Below, in pieces: positions 51,583 to 64,000 of a stretch of DNA of 64,000 bases. The position numbers and the translations under genes were made by a program. This DNA is from Kudoa neothunni. Taxonomy: Eukaryota > Animalia > Cnidaria. How positions within the stretch are numbered: position 1 is the stretch's first letter; each line of letters begins with the position of its first letter. The notes beneath the pieces were generated by a model, which saw only the letters and a program-made list of their open reading frames with translations, searched no databases and had not been told where the DNA came from. The stretch is taken from positions 14,565,907-14,629,906 of the forward strand of contig OZ199838.1 of NCBI GenBank assembly GCA_964304625.1. The letters run 5' to 3'.

Positions 51583-51631
51583 ATTTGAGAGTAACCTTTA
51601 CACATGCGCACATATAATTTTAATTTGGTGT
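51583..51631. promoter_or_regulatory. Putative minimal bidirectional promoter FXN/MRPS31 with NRF1-like motif
   Basis: 49 bp between the candidate divergent ATGs; acacatgcgca at 51600-51610. Confidence 0.55.
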
Positions 51632-52151
51632 ATGATTGTCAAGAATCTTAGGCGTAATCTCATATTCAAAACACGCCAGCTTTCATATAAATCAAACTCA
51701 AGTTTTGACAATGTGACCGAAGAATTAATAACCCCAACTACTCACTCTAACCGTTTATTCAATCCTAACGTATTCAAATATCAAACCACTCCCGCGTGGT
51801 ATCCAACGGTGTACAATAAAAATGCTACCACGTCAGATGATACCAATCAATTGTATAATACTCAATATTCAAAGTTATGGAACCTTCCTGTTGACAATGA
51901 GGAAGGTAAAGACAAGGAAGTATATTGATAGCGGTCTGGTTGTTATTTGAATAATTATAGTTTAGTGAAACGTTTGATGAACATGTATTTTTAAGTTTGA
52001 CCCAACTGGATTGCCTGAGGATAGTTCGTTCGAAACATTTCTATCTACTGTTGTTGTTGGTCTCCAACGCAACCCACATATGACTTTAAAAGAGAAAGAG
52101 AAACAAATTCAATTTTTCAAAAATTATTTTAGCAAATTTAAAAATCTTTAA
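51632..52151 (+). CDS. MRPS31: Mitochondrial ribosomal protein S31
   Basis: Basic presequence, KLWNLPVDNEEG, intron, then FLSTVVVGLQRNPHMTLKEKEKQIQFFKNYF (human KLWEFPINNEAG...GLSKNPYLSVKQK...WFRNYF). Confidence 0.85.
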
Positions 52152-53048
52152 ATAATATATTTGTATCAATTATAGACGTGTTTTTATTTTTATTGCATTA
52201 ATTTAACAAAAACGCGATACTTATTAAATTCTAATAAGAAAATGACTATTTGCATGGTAGATAATAAAAATAATAATAATAAAATACCACTAGTTTATCT
52301 ACTATATATATATATATATAAGGGAAGTTTCCGTTATTGCGTTTTGTAGCAGCACGCGTGCGAAGAAGAACTTTTTAAAGACAGCTTTTATTGTGCATTC
52401 GATTGGATGAGACAATTAAAAATCGTTAATTCACTTATAAATATTAATATAATCAATTTCGTTATTTGAAATTGATAAATTTCCTGATTGTCTACTCAAA
52501 CCACAGATTAAAAAGTGCCTGTTGAATATCGATGTTTGCTTACTTCAGAGTGATAATCGGTTAAAATGAATTTTTACTCACTATGTACAAAGAGAATCTG
52601 TTAGTTAAGATACAAAACGTTGTTAAAACGTTATTAATGCCGGTTGGAGTAATTTTGAGTCCAGTAAAAATACTAACGCCATATTTACAAGAGTTGTCAC
52701 ATTTACATTAAAATTCAAAGCATATAACATTTTTTTTAAAATATACAAAAACACTGAATATGTATTTCAAGAGAAAAGATTATGATCATTAAAAAAACAT
52801 AATTTATGATTATAAATTGTTGCCGCCAAGAAGTAATTTGATAGCTCTATGCGCATTCTAAGTACAATGTAAGATGTGTTTAGAGATATCAAATTGTTAA
52901 ATTTTTGTTTCAACTCCTTAAATCAAAATTATAATTGGCTTAACTTTGATATAAGCAACACCCTAACCCGAATTAACAAAGCATTATTACAGCAGCATAT
53001 AAAAATTTTATCAAAAACAATAAAAACACTTATCTAAGTAATTGGAAA

Positions 53049-53900
53049 CTAAATTTTTTTAATAATGATATAAAACCACCCCATAAATTCGATTTGTTTT
53101 TTTTTGCTCCATCGAAATTCGCCGAGGAATTCATTGATGCCATCCATGCTGATAGAACCATCTTCATTAACTGAAAGGGTTATGTTTCTTGGTGATATTT
53201 TGTATTTGATGACTCCGCAAGTATATTCTATGATATTTTTATGTGCTCCCGTGATGCTATCCACATATTCCATACTGTGATTTACGGTGAGGTGAGTATA
53301 GCAATTGTGGAGTGTTCCATAACTTTTGAAACAATCAATTATTATGACAGATCCAGATTTAACAGAAGTTTTAATTTTTTGGATTAAAGTCTCAGCTGAC
53401 ATATCTGGAACTTCTACTAAAAACATTTTTCCTTCAGGAGTTTTTCCACGCCACCCAGAACCCATACTCCGTTAACACCATGATCTCGGTTATATGTTTG
53501 ACCTTGCCAGACTTGGACTCGTCAATCTCAACTATTATATTTTCTCCAACAATAATATCCTCAAATTCCAAACTATCAGACACCTTTTTCCGAAGATAGT
53601 GAGAATAATTACTGATAGCTTGGGAAGAATGGTCGGTGATTGTTGTCAGGTGGACGTTTGTTACTCCTATCAACCAATAATAAGCCATGTCCAAGAAATC
53701 GTAGACTTTAATTTTCATGTTTTCGAAAAAAGTGGATTCAAAAATAGAAATTTCTCTTCTGTAAGCCTTTTAGGAATATTGCCAATTTTTTCAATGGATC
53801 AAAAATCGTGGTCCTTCACACTTTATACAGTTAGAAGGTGCATTGAAGACACCATTCTCGATAAGATAAATGATAGAGCTGCATTCGCTGCAAAATATGT
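53049..53900 (-). pseudogene. Second Merlin/ISXO2 transposase, frameshifted
   Basis: IVEIDESK, MFLVEVPDMSAETLI, GSVIIIDCFKSY, HLTVNHS and TGAHKNIIE. Only weak candidate ends, near 52937 and 54098. Confidence 0.88.
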
Positions 53901-55379
53901 GACCAAATGACTTCCTCGGTACGATCATTTAGATAAACAAAGTTAACAATTAACATTCAGCAAATCATTAAATACTGAGTTTTGTCATGTTTATCCCTAC
54001 AATACGGTAATATTATAGAAGGCAGCATGTCTTAAGTCGACTTTTTCTTACTTCCCAAAAAGCCGAAAGATTAGCGGGGGTCTAAATCAAGTGTGACCCT
54101 CATAATTTATTAGAATATCTGAATGTGAAAATTCCTTTTTTGTCAAATCTATCGATAAAGATTGAAACTATATTCATCTTTTCAATAAGTTTTTAATCAT
54201 TTGTTGGTTTTCCTATACTTTTTTGCAAAACAAATGGCATAACTCATTCAAAAAGTTTCTATTTCTGATGAAATAATTTTCTAAATAATATTTAAGCTAA
54301 TATAAACCTGATTATTTTCCATCTTCAGACTTTACGTCAACATTCAAATAAATGTTGAGTTTCCTTTAGGCTAAAAATAATTTTGTATGATACACAAAAT
54401 GGATGAAAATATGTCATGCCCCGTGCCATAGGTAGTTTAAGAATTGATATTTACGATTTGTTTTTCAAAAATACAAACCACTCTCATTACGTGTTATGTT
54501 AGTTAATAATAAGTTATTGGTTTATTCAATCTAACCGATATTTTTTTAAGTTTCGTTTATCTGAGAAAAGTTAAATAAGAAGAAATTTTTTTGAGACGAT
54601 CAAATAGTATATTAATTTTTAAAAAGGAGCACTCATTTGATAAAACCATTTAAGATTTAATCATGACCATGATTTTACAAACCAAAACACCTCTACATTT
54701 TAGATTTAATCACATTTTATCCATTTAATTTGTATTTTTTGAACCAATGACTATTTTGTTGTTAAACCGAGAGCTTACACTTATATATAACTCGGAAAAT
54801 TGTGTTAAAGTGGAGTGTGTATAATTTATCTCTCGCAGATTTTTATAACCCGATTAACATCCTTCGCAAAATTATGCGATGTTAGTGACACTAAATATTT
54901 GTATTTTTGAAATATCTTATTTTTTATTTTTTTCTTATCATTTGTAGACTTGTAATAAATTTTATAACTAGGGTTAATTTTTATCGTACAATTTTGAAAA
55001 GAATATATGATGCTAATTTTATTAGATTGCTCATAAAATTAAAATCATTGAATTTATGATCAACAATTTGATTAACACATTAAAAAATACCCATTTTGTC
55101 TCAATATCTCTATTTGTATTTTAGTGTAAAATACATGCATATGTTGATTTATCTAAATTACTACTGCAAAAAAATAATAACAAACTTTATAATGCATACG
55201 TGAAAATAGAGGAATAAAATTTAGAGTGTTTAACGTAATAATTAAATTAACCTGACTCAAAATATTTCTATTTATAAAGAAAATTAAACGTTAAAAATTC
55301 TCATCACAAACTACTAGACAAACAGGATATTCGCGAAGGAATAAACTAAACCACAAATGTCATAATGTTTAAATTAAAG

Positions 55380-55775
55380 TTTGTTTTGGGGGTTGAATTC
55401 GGCCTAACTAATGCATTGTTGTTATATCAACGCAATTTTCAAATTAAAAAAGTTTCGAATGAAGATTAATGAGCCTGTTGTCTTTCACACAGGCTATCAA
55501 TGAAAATTCAATTCATTACAAAAGACCAGCTCTAACAACAAAGTGTCTGCGTCCTTCCTATGATACATAAATGAACACAAAGTCTGTTAGTTACTCCAAT
55601 CAGAATAGAACTAATAACTCGTCTTAGTCAATTATAATTGACAATGTTGGTCATTTCTCCGAAATGATGAATACAAGAGATAAATGCCTATTACGTAAAA
55701 GAAAGACACAATTCGTTTGTTCAAAGTACAAAGTCTCGTATCTCATAGAAAAAGAGAGGAATTTTCACTACCCTT
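55380..55775 (+). pseudogene. piggyBac transposase C-terminal remnant
   Basis: TNALLLY, then IDNVGHF...DKCLL...TQFVCSKYKV...KERNF (decayed Cys-rich domain). Confidence 0.6.
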
Positions 55776-56402
55776 TTTAGAATAAATAAAATTATGTAAC
55801 CGTATAGGAATGTACTTGAAGTAATGAAAATTGTTGAAGTTACTTTTTCTGCGCATTTGCTCAAGATGAACAATGTTAGAAAGTTTCATGTCAACATTTT
55901 AGTTAAAATTTAAATTTTTGCAGATGAAATAAAAAACAAAATTTTATAAAATATAATTTTTTAAGATAGAAATTAAAATTTTGGTATAAAGGGATTAAAT
56001 TAATCAACAATTTTTTATTGAAATATTCGAAATATTTTCCAACTCGCAAGTTTATGCAGCATTTTATTATTGTAAATTATCTCGCGCTATAGGTTTTAAT
56101 AAATTTTGGAAGAATCGTTTTTAATTTATTGTTAGATTATAAATATGTAGAAAATATATTTCAATATTTTAAAGTTGTATAAAAATTATTCACAAATTTT
56201 TCAACATTATTAAATAAATGTCAATTATTAAATTCGTTATTTATATTATTATTAGGTTGTTTTTCATAATTCAATAAATGTTTACACTGAATTCATCAAT
56301 AATATGAATGCATTCATGACTAACGTCTTCAATAATCCTTCTATACAGTATTTAATATATACGTCGATAGTTTTGTTTGTAATCAGTTCAATATTATATA
56401 TA

Positions 56403-59400
56403 ATGATATTGGTATCTAAAATTTTTTTCATATCAGGTAATAATAAAACTCTGGGACATTTTTTATTCATAATTTGTAGTACTTATTAACCAAGCATTGT
56501 TCGATGAAACATCTGGGCAATCCTCTTCTACATCAGACTCTACTGCATCAAACCTAATTCAACCAGAATCTTCTTCATCGGACTCTTCGTCGACAGCCTC
56601 TTCTATGTCAACCTCAACTGAACCTATTGAAAGAATCACCTACCAAATAGTTAAAGAAACTGGCACAAATCAATTCAAAATTCAGCTTATTCTAGGAGGG
56701 AATAATTACACACCTGCAAAATCTTGCCTCATTAGAAAATCAAGTAAAGTTGGCACTAACCTTAAATTTGCTGAGGTCGGTGTTTGTTCTAGTAATGGTA
56801 ATGATGAGTATAGTGGTAAATGTATCCGAAAATGTTCTGGCGAAGATATAAAATTAGAATATAATAAACTCTCCCCAAGAACTGGTTATGTTTACGTAAT
56901 TGCAAGAGACAGTGCATCTGCATTCAGTACCGAGGATCAAATTAAAGATGGGAATGTGTTTGGGTTCGCCACACGTAATCTTGATATACAAACAACAATT
57001 TGTTTGAATTAATTTTTAGCATTGCTAGTAAACCCTCAATTCTCCGTATCAACGGACAGTGCTACGAGTCAATTAAAGCTAGCTACGAAAACATGCCCTG
57101 CTGTATCCTGCCCAATTTATTACAAGGATAAGAAATATGTAGACGGCACAAAAGCGTCTGATTGCGACACAGAAACTAGTACCGCAATTTCTGTCGAGTT
57201 TGACCTTCTAATCCCTCATTATGAGGTTAGATGCACTCATAATCCAAGCTTTTTTTATAACATGCCTAACGAATATATGAAAAAAACCATCGATATTTAT
57301 AAACCACAATTTTATTTGGCAAAAAAGTCAAACGAAGAAAAACATATTACTATTAAGTTCACTAATGCACCCTCTCACGAAATATGCATCTTCCGAGTTA
57401 AAGATGCAGCCGCGTATGAATCAAATTGTGGAAACAACGATGGTGAATGTTATGCTCCCTGTAAAAATGTCAGTTTAATCGTTTCATCAGCCAAATCGGT
57501 TTACACTATTTTGATACAAACAAGACATCATGATTTAGCAAAAAAAAGTGACGACACTTATGATGGATTTAGTCAGGATAAATACGGTATTAATAAATAA
57601 ATTAATTAATGATAAGTATTTTTCTCTAATTTAAATATCATTAGCTATAACCGAGACAGATACTGGACTATTATCATCTTTTACAAATACTGGAGTCACG
57701 TTTGATTCATTACTTTTTAAGGTTGGATCGGATGGAACTCCTACTCTTGCTCATTATGCCGCCGATAAACCTAGACCTACCAGTGCAACTACCACTACTA
57801 CAACCTGCGCTGAAGGTAGTAGTATAAATAGTGGCGGAGGAAATTGTAAAATAGAGGGAGCTAAATTGGTTGTTAATGGTCTTAAACCAGGAAAACCTTA
57901 CATTATTGAAATTTCTTCTCTGGGAATAAGTAATCCAACAGACTTCAGAGAGAAAATCTTTATTCGAACAAGTAAACATATTTACACCAAAATAAAAATT
58001 GAACGCCTTTTAAGCTAAAGGAGACAGTAAAAGTTATGTTTCTACCGTTCCAAAAACAACGACATCAGATATATCGTTGAAAGCTATAGCAGGTGAGATA
58101 GTATCTACTGAAACGACAGGACCAACATGTGAATATTACATCAGCTTGGCTGGGAAGGATTATTTTTATCCCGCCGAATGTAAAGATACTAATCCATGCA
58201 GAGGATGGTGTAAGGATACCAAAAAAATAGTTGATTTGGAGCCTGGAGTACAATACGATATTAAGGTAGTTGCCCACGAAGAATACGCAGAACATATATA
58301 CAGATCAGTACAAATGGGTATATTTTTAAAATAACAATTTTATATATATATAATTTTCTTAGAATTGGCAACGTTAAATGCTACTTATAAATTTAATTTG
58401 GAAGGATTCGAAGTAAATGCAGAGTTGTCAACAAACACTCCTGCAATATGCCAATATGACATTCAAATTAAAATGAAAGATAAATTTGAGAGCGTTTTTC
58501 TGTGTCCTACTCCTTCAACACCACCAACGTCAGATCCTCTATCTACATCAGCACCTGCGCCATCTGAAGAAACATCTTCGCCAAAACTTCCTGAAGCTTC
58601 TTCAGTACCCGATACAACTAACAGTGTTGCAAAACCAAATCCACAACCCGCCCAAAGCAAAACAGATGAAGCAAAACTGAGGGCACCAAAAGTAGCCAGA
58701 ACAGGTGGAATAACTAACGATGCACCAATCAATGCCTTAGACACAACCTCCACTGCTAATAGATGTTTGGAAATGTCTTTGTGCAGTTCTATAATGTTCA
58801 CCACTGGTTATCGTTCAAGATATCCATACAGAGTTATAATAACCGCGCCGGGAAAATCATCCGAAGTCACTATTGAAATACCTTCAAGTAAGAGCAATTT
58901 AACTTTTATTATGAGCGTATTAATATGAATGAATAACATGTATTATTAGATAGGATAAAAAGCAACCCTTCAGATGTTCAAAAAGTTTTGGATGTTTCTA
59001 TAACACGAGACGGAACTACCTTGACTATAGAGACTGCACATTCTACCAAAATAACTGGTGACTCCAAATGTAAATGGGAATTACGTAATTCTAGTGCAAA
59101 ATCAAATTTGTTGGAAAAATCATGCATAAGCACAACTCCAGAGTGCGAAACATTTCCAAGTTGTAAAATGTTCGACATTACAGGCGTGCCTGAAAATAAT
59201 AACTATCATTTGATTGTTTATCTTGAGGAGGATGAAGATTATTTCGGAGTGGCCGAAATTAATCAAGGTAATAATAAAAATATTGAATTATATAAATTTA
59301 ATGATTTTTTCCTTAGGCGAAAAGAACAGTGCAAAGTACTACATAAAAGTCACCATTTCATTCATTTATTAACTATCATTTAGGTACAGTAATCAGATGA

Positions 59401-59590
59401 TGTATTGTTTTTCATTGTTACGTTGTTTAATGGTTGTTTAGAATCATTGTAGCAGCAGTTGTGGGAGCAGTTGTTCTCATAGTAATTGTTGGGTCCGTTG
59501 TGATAAAAAAGTAAGTCGACTAGACTTGATCTCATTACGAAGAATCACAAGATTTTATAAATTTTTTAGTTTATTTTTTATAATAAAGTT
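56403..59590 (+). CDS. Type-I membrane protein with Cys-rich FN3-like repeats and mucin-like inserts (family member B)
   Basis: Spliced signal peptide MILVSKIFFIS/VLINQALF (intron 56437-56479). FN3-like motifs KLSPRTGY, GLKPGKPYIIEI and DLEPGVQYDIKVVA. Two micro-exons, then TM exon IIVAAVVGAVVLIVIVGSVVIK. The 3' end is approximate. Confidence 0.85.
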
Positions 59591-61381
59591 TTATTATTTT
59601 TATACTGTTACCCAATTGTATAATTTTTCTTGAATTAAAAATATTCTTAACCTATTAAGTCGTCAAAAAACATTCTAGCACGTAGTCAAGACCTTGGGGC
59701 ATATTGATACCATGAGTTACCGCTAATTTGTAACATTTTTATTTATTATATATTTTAAAACAAAATCATCATATAATACATAATATATCTTGATAATATA
59801 TATTATTTTTTTTAAATTTTAAGTCTTTGTAGTGTTTAATTCATGCGTTTACTCCTAATTCGTACAAAACCGGCCGATATCTTGAGAAAATTGACCTTTA
59901 ATTCGTAATTTTTGATTATACCTTAAAATAAATGACATAATTGGAAAACAATGATGAAAATGAACAAAATAATAGAATTTTAAGGGATTTTTCATCATAA
60001 AAAAGATAAAATTATTACGAAAAAAATAGTTTGGTTTCGAAAACATTGTCTTAAATGGAATTCTGAATAAACGTCACAAATCATGGAAGTTTAGAAAAAA
60101 ATACTATGTTCCCTACGCGAATAAAGTCAAAAAAACGGGAATGATGACAAGATGCTGATCGATGTGTTCATTAATGGTTTTGTTAGGTTCGTGTCAAAAA
60201 TGTAAAAAATCGGCTCTCGACATCATTAAAAAATTTGATAATTTGGGAATAAATAATGCTAAAACGTGATGCATGATTGATTAATAAGATTTAAACAATA
60301 TTTTATTTAAAACGCGTGTTTTCATGGAAAGACTACTGTATCTACAAATATATTAAAAGTTGGAATTGAAAGCTTTCGTAAATAATAAAGACCTAACCTG
60401 CAGATAAAATTATTAATGATTCAAAATGATATTCTACGGAAGACAATTACAATGAAGATGAGTATCTCATACCTGTTAATGAGAATGGCGAAACTTCCAC
60501 ACTTAAACGATTCAAAATGAAACTACTGCAGAGGTAAAAGGACAAGAGAAAAGTGAACAAGACGTCACAACATCCAATATAATAAGGAAGTGTTTCTTAA
60601 TCTATCATTCTTACGGATCCCTAATGTTATCAATCGACCCATCACGGTCCCATCTTGTTTTAATGCGTAACGCAAACATACATCTAAATTTTTTAACCCT
60701 TTCGTTCCCAATGTTCAACTTAATGGACAGATTAAAAAATATTTTAAATTATTTATTAAAAAAAAATGATAAAATTAAAGTTTTGTATAATTTTACTATT
60801 AGCTAAACAAAAAAAATTCTCGACGCGAAAGAAAAATTTGGAAACGAAAGTGGTAACCTAAATTATTTATTACGTAAATTAATTATGTAGTGGCTTTATT
60901 TTAATATAGGTAATAATATTTTTTAACCACTAAGAAATTAATTATTTGTGATAATAAAACAATAAAGTAATAACTATAAATTCCTCTCCAGTTTTTTTGG
61001 AAATCATTAGAACTCTAAAAAAGTGTAGACAATGACGAAAAAATGTTCTTATAATAATCGAAATATTTATGCTATGCAGTGAGGAACCAATTTCACGTAA
61101 TCCCTTCGGGACCAAGGAAAAAGTGCGTCAAATTGGTCACGTCCGATTTCACTTTTCGGGACGTGCAAGTATTACAGAAAAAATTGATCTTTAATAAAGA
61201 TTAAGTTATTCTTACAAAGGCCAGCTAGTTATATGTTAATTTTTAAAAGATAATTAAAACTCTAGAAACGCATTAACAACAAAAAAACTTGTTTTCAAAA
61301 AACTATGTAATACTTCCCTTGTTTCTATAGGTATAATAAGGCAGTTTCGTCTACATTGTAAATAAAATTTTCAGAGTATCT

Positions 61382-61695
61382 TTAAAAAAAATGTTCTGAT
61401 TTGATTGATCTACTCTGAAGTAGTTTCAGTTGTAGCATCATCAGATTAGCTAATAAAATTTGATTTTTAAATGTTGGACCTTTTTTAAAACAACGAAACC
61501 CCCCCCCCCCCCCACGAATTGCACATGAGGGTAAACCTTTATCTCGGCTAATTGATTTCTCTTTATGATTATCGTGACGACGCTCACTACAATCTTTTTG
61601 CTTTGTGCCCACTCAATCCACTCATATACATCTTCATCAATAGAATTAAATTGTTCTGCATGCAAATAATTTCTATTCTTAGATTCTAAAAACAT
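61382..61695 (-). pseudogene. pogo/Tigger CENP-B-type HTH remnant
   Basis: FNSIDEDVYEWIEWAQSKKIVVS resembles the Tc5/CENP-B HTH. A CAGT-type end lies near 61077. Confidence 0.55.
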
Positions 61696-63015
61696 TTATA
61701 GGTTTTGATTATTTTATTTTTCATCATTAGGATATCATTAAAAGTCGAGATAATAGATATTTTAAAATGTGATATATTGATAGTTTTTGGGATCATTTGA
61801 TTTGAGAATGCCACAATAACAAGTAATACCGTATTTTTCGGCAATAAGTATAGTTATAGGAGTTTCTCGGCATTAAATATTGACCTAACTAAATAATAAA
61901 CAAGAAGTAGCCGAAAAAGTGCGTGGATTAACAAATCACGTGACTTTAAATTACATTATTCCGCTACTTTTTAAAATAATTTTTATAAAAATTTAGATTG
62001 AAATATTATAAGAAATATATTGTATAAATAAAGGCAGATCAACATTCCAACTAAATAGGTTTTTAAAAAGTGCGTGGGATTGGTTACTTACGGTATAAAA
62101 CCTTTATTTTTGTTAATTATTGTGTATATTAAAATAAAAAGTTACAAAGGAGGAATTATTATATAATAGAATGTGAGAACGACTAATGCAAGAAACGTAT
62201 TTTTTATATAAATAATGGACATTAAAACAATATTTAATAAGATTTTTGTAGTTGCTTTTTATTAACAAATTCACAGAGTTCGGACAAGGTATATGAAAGA
62301 GCAACGCGCATATAAGCGACTTCTCGAGTTAGTTTTTATGGTGAACAGCATGGAAATCTAGTTTCACAATAATTTTCCTCAATACAAGAAGTAATCATTC
62401 TAACTGCATAACTTGCAACAATATTAAACAGTTTTTTGAAATTTATATCTTTTCCAAATAAGAAACCAAATACACATTATTTTTATAAGCCTTTTTACAA
62501 AAGGAGTGATAAAAAAGTAAAATTTGTAATATATAGAAATATTTATAAGAAAAAACATGCAAAAGCATATTTGATAATTCAAATATTTACGCTAATATTA
62601 AAAAACACCCAATTATAATGAATGTATGTTAGTAAAATTGGAATCAAATCTTATTGAAAGTTCTCACGGACTCTCTTGGATTCGACTACGGACTCCTTGA
62701 GGGTTCGTGAGCCTCAGAGTAAGAACTGGTGCCTTAGAGAGTTAATTATATCCTTGCGACTCTGAGAAAATTCACGCAGGCGCGAAAGAAAAACTACTAG
62801 ATTATACTTTTATTACACAGAACAAAATCTTATAAATAGTACAAAATATAAATTCTTAAGATATATTACGTTTATATGGGAAAATAAGAAACTTGGATCT
62901 ACACATTAAAAGGTTGAAAAATTTAATCGAAAAACATTTTATGAACAGATGGATTATGTGAATGTTCAATATGAAAGTTTTAATAATTATATAAATAAAT
63001 CGGCATATAATAACA

Positions 63016-64000
63016 TTATTCATCATCTGCATCATCCTCATCAGATTCTTCGGAAGCTTCTTCAAGCCAGCCGATGAATTTACCAAGCTAAATAATTTTA
63101 AAATAAGTAGGCGATCAACAATAAAGTTCACATTTTGTTTTCTGAATTCAAATTGTTTTTCAGTCTTATCAATGTCTGTGGATTCTGAGAGGGTTTCGCG
63201 GGAGGATTTGTTCCATTGTAAAATTATCTCATCCTCAATAATGTCACGTTCATACAATTCGTGTACAAATTTGAGGTAAAATTTGCAAAAATGGGCCTTT
63301 TCAGGGATTGTGGCGCATTGATAAAAGTAGTTTTCGATCAATGAAAGCAGTGAGCATTGCTGTTTTTCGTCGCCAATATACATCTTCAGTAAATCAATAA
63401 CTGGAGGCAAGATCTAAACAGAAATAGTTTGAATAGGCCCAAAAAGTTTGCACTTTTTTGTAGTTGTATAGCAAGTCCTCATCTTCATTGGGTTGGTTGC
63501 AAATGGAAGAAATGGGGTTGGAATTATCATCGGATTTCATATTCTCGCCAAGATTTGCATTTAAAATAATATTGAGTGCAGTTGGAACGACGTATGAAGC
63601 CATTTCATCAATACAAATATTATAAGCATGTCTATACGCATTAAGAGCTTAGTTATTAAAAAGAGATCGAAAAAGTAGTCACTTTGATGCATTGATTTCC
63701 AACACAATGGTTTCTTTGGGTAGATTATCACGCACTCCAAACAACATGCTATCATGGACCTCGCTTTGGAATTCTAAGAAAGAATCATATTAATGTAGTT
63801 TATAGACCTGCTGTCAATGCAACAACAGCGAAAATATTATCAGCAATATTATTAGTAATAATAATTACTGGATTGATCATCATGGAAATCATTATCAAAA
63901 TCAACACTATTTCCGTCATCAACAAGCAGTTGATTGGTGAAATATTCTCGGCAACTGACATTGAAGGGACGTTTGCACGCACCCCACATGTAGTGAATTT
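63016..64000 (-). CDS. EIF2B5: Translation initiation factor eIF2B epsilon, 3' part
   Basis: EFQSEVHDSM...ETIVLEINASK/HAYNI and W2 domain LYERDIIEDEIILQW...FIGWLEEASEESDEDDADDE*. Runs off the window end. Confidence 0.88.

Noticed and set aside
59648-60700. Further piggyBac-like element downstream of gene B
   Set aside because: A TTAA-CC start is seen but no clear matching right end or readable transposase.

Overview
AT-rich eukaryotic genomic DNA with mostly short (about 40-100 nt) GT-AG introns. Gene content (LIM-PDZ LIM kinase, MRPS31, C9orf78) points to a highly divergent animal, possibly a reduced parasite such as a myxozoan; that taxon is inference only. Compact clusters of housekeeping genes alternate with transposon-rich deserts. 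Genes: extended synaptotagmin plus a divergent tandem C2-C2 paralog, RAD1, a CINP-like gene, three TspO-like multi-TM paralogs, TSEN34, LIM kinase, DNLZ, C9orf78, frataxin, MRPS31 and the 3' part of eIF2B-epsilon. Mobile elements: Merlin/ISXO2, hAT, piggyBac, pogo/Tigger and a tRNA-derived SINE family. The best candidate for an undescribed system is a pair of paralogous type-I membrane protein genes (29.9-33.9 kb minus; 56.4-59.6 kb plus). They are built from Cys-rich FN3-like repeats that vary in copy number and carry mucin-like loop insertions, and both lie in TE-dense zones. Single-base frameshifts in homopolymers occur even in essential genes, which suggests long-read assembly errors, so pseudogene calls need caution. 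All alignments were made by eye against remembered family motifs; no database search was run.
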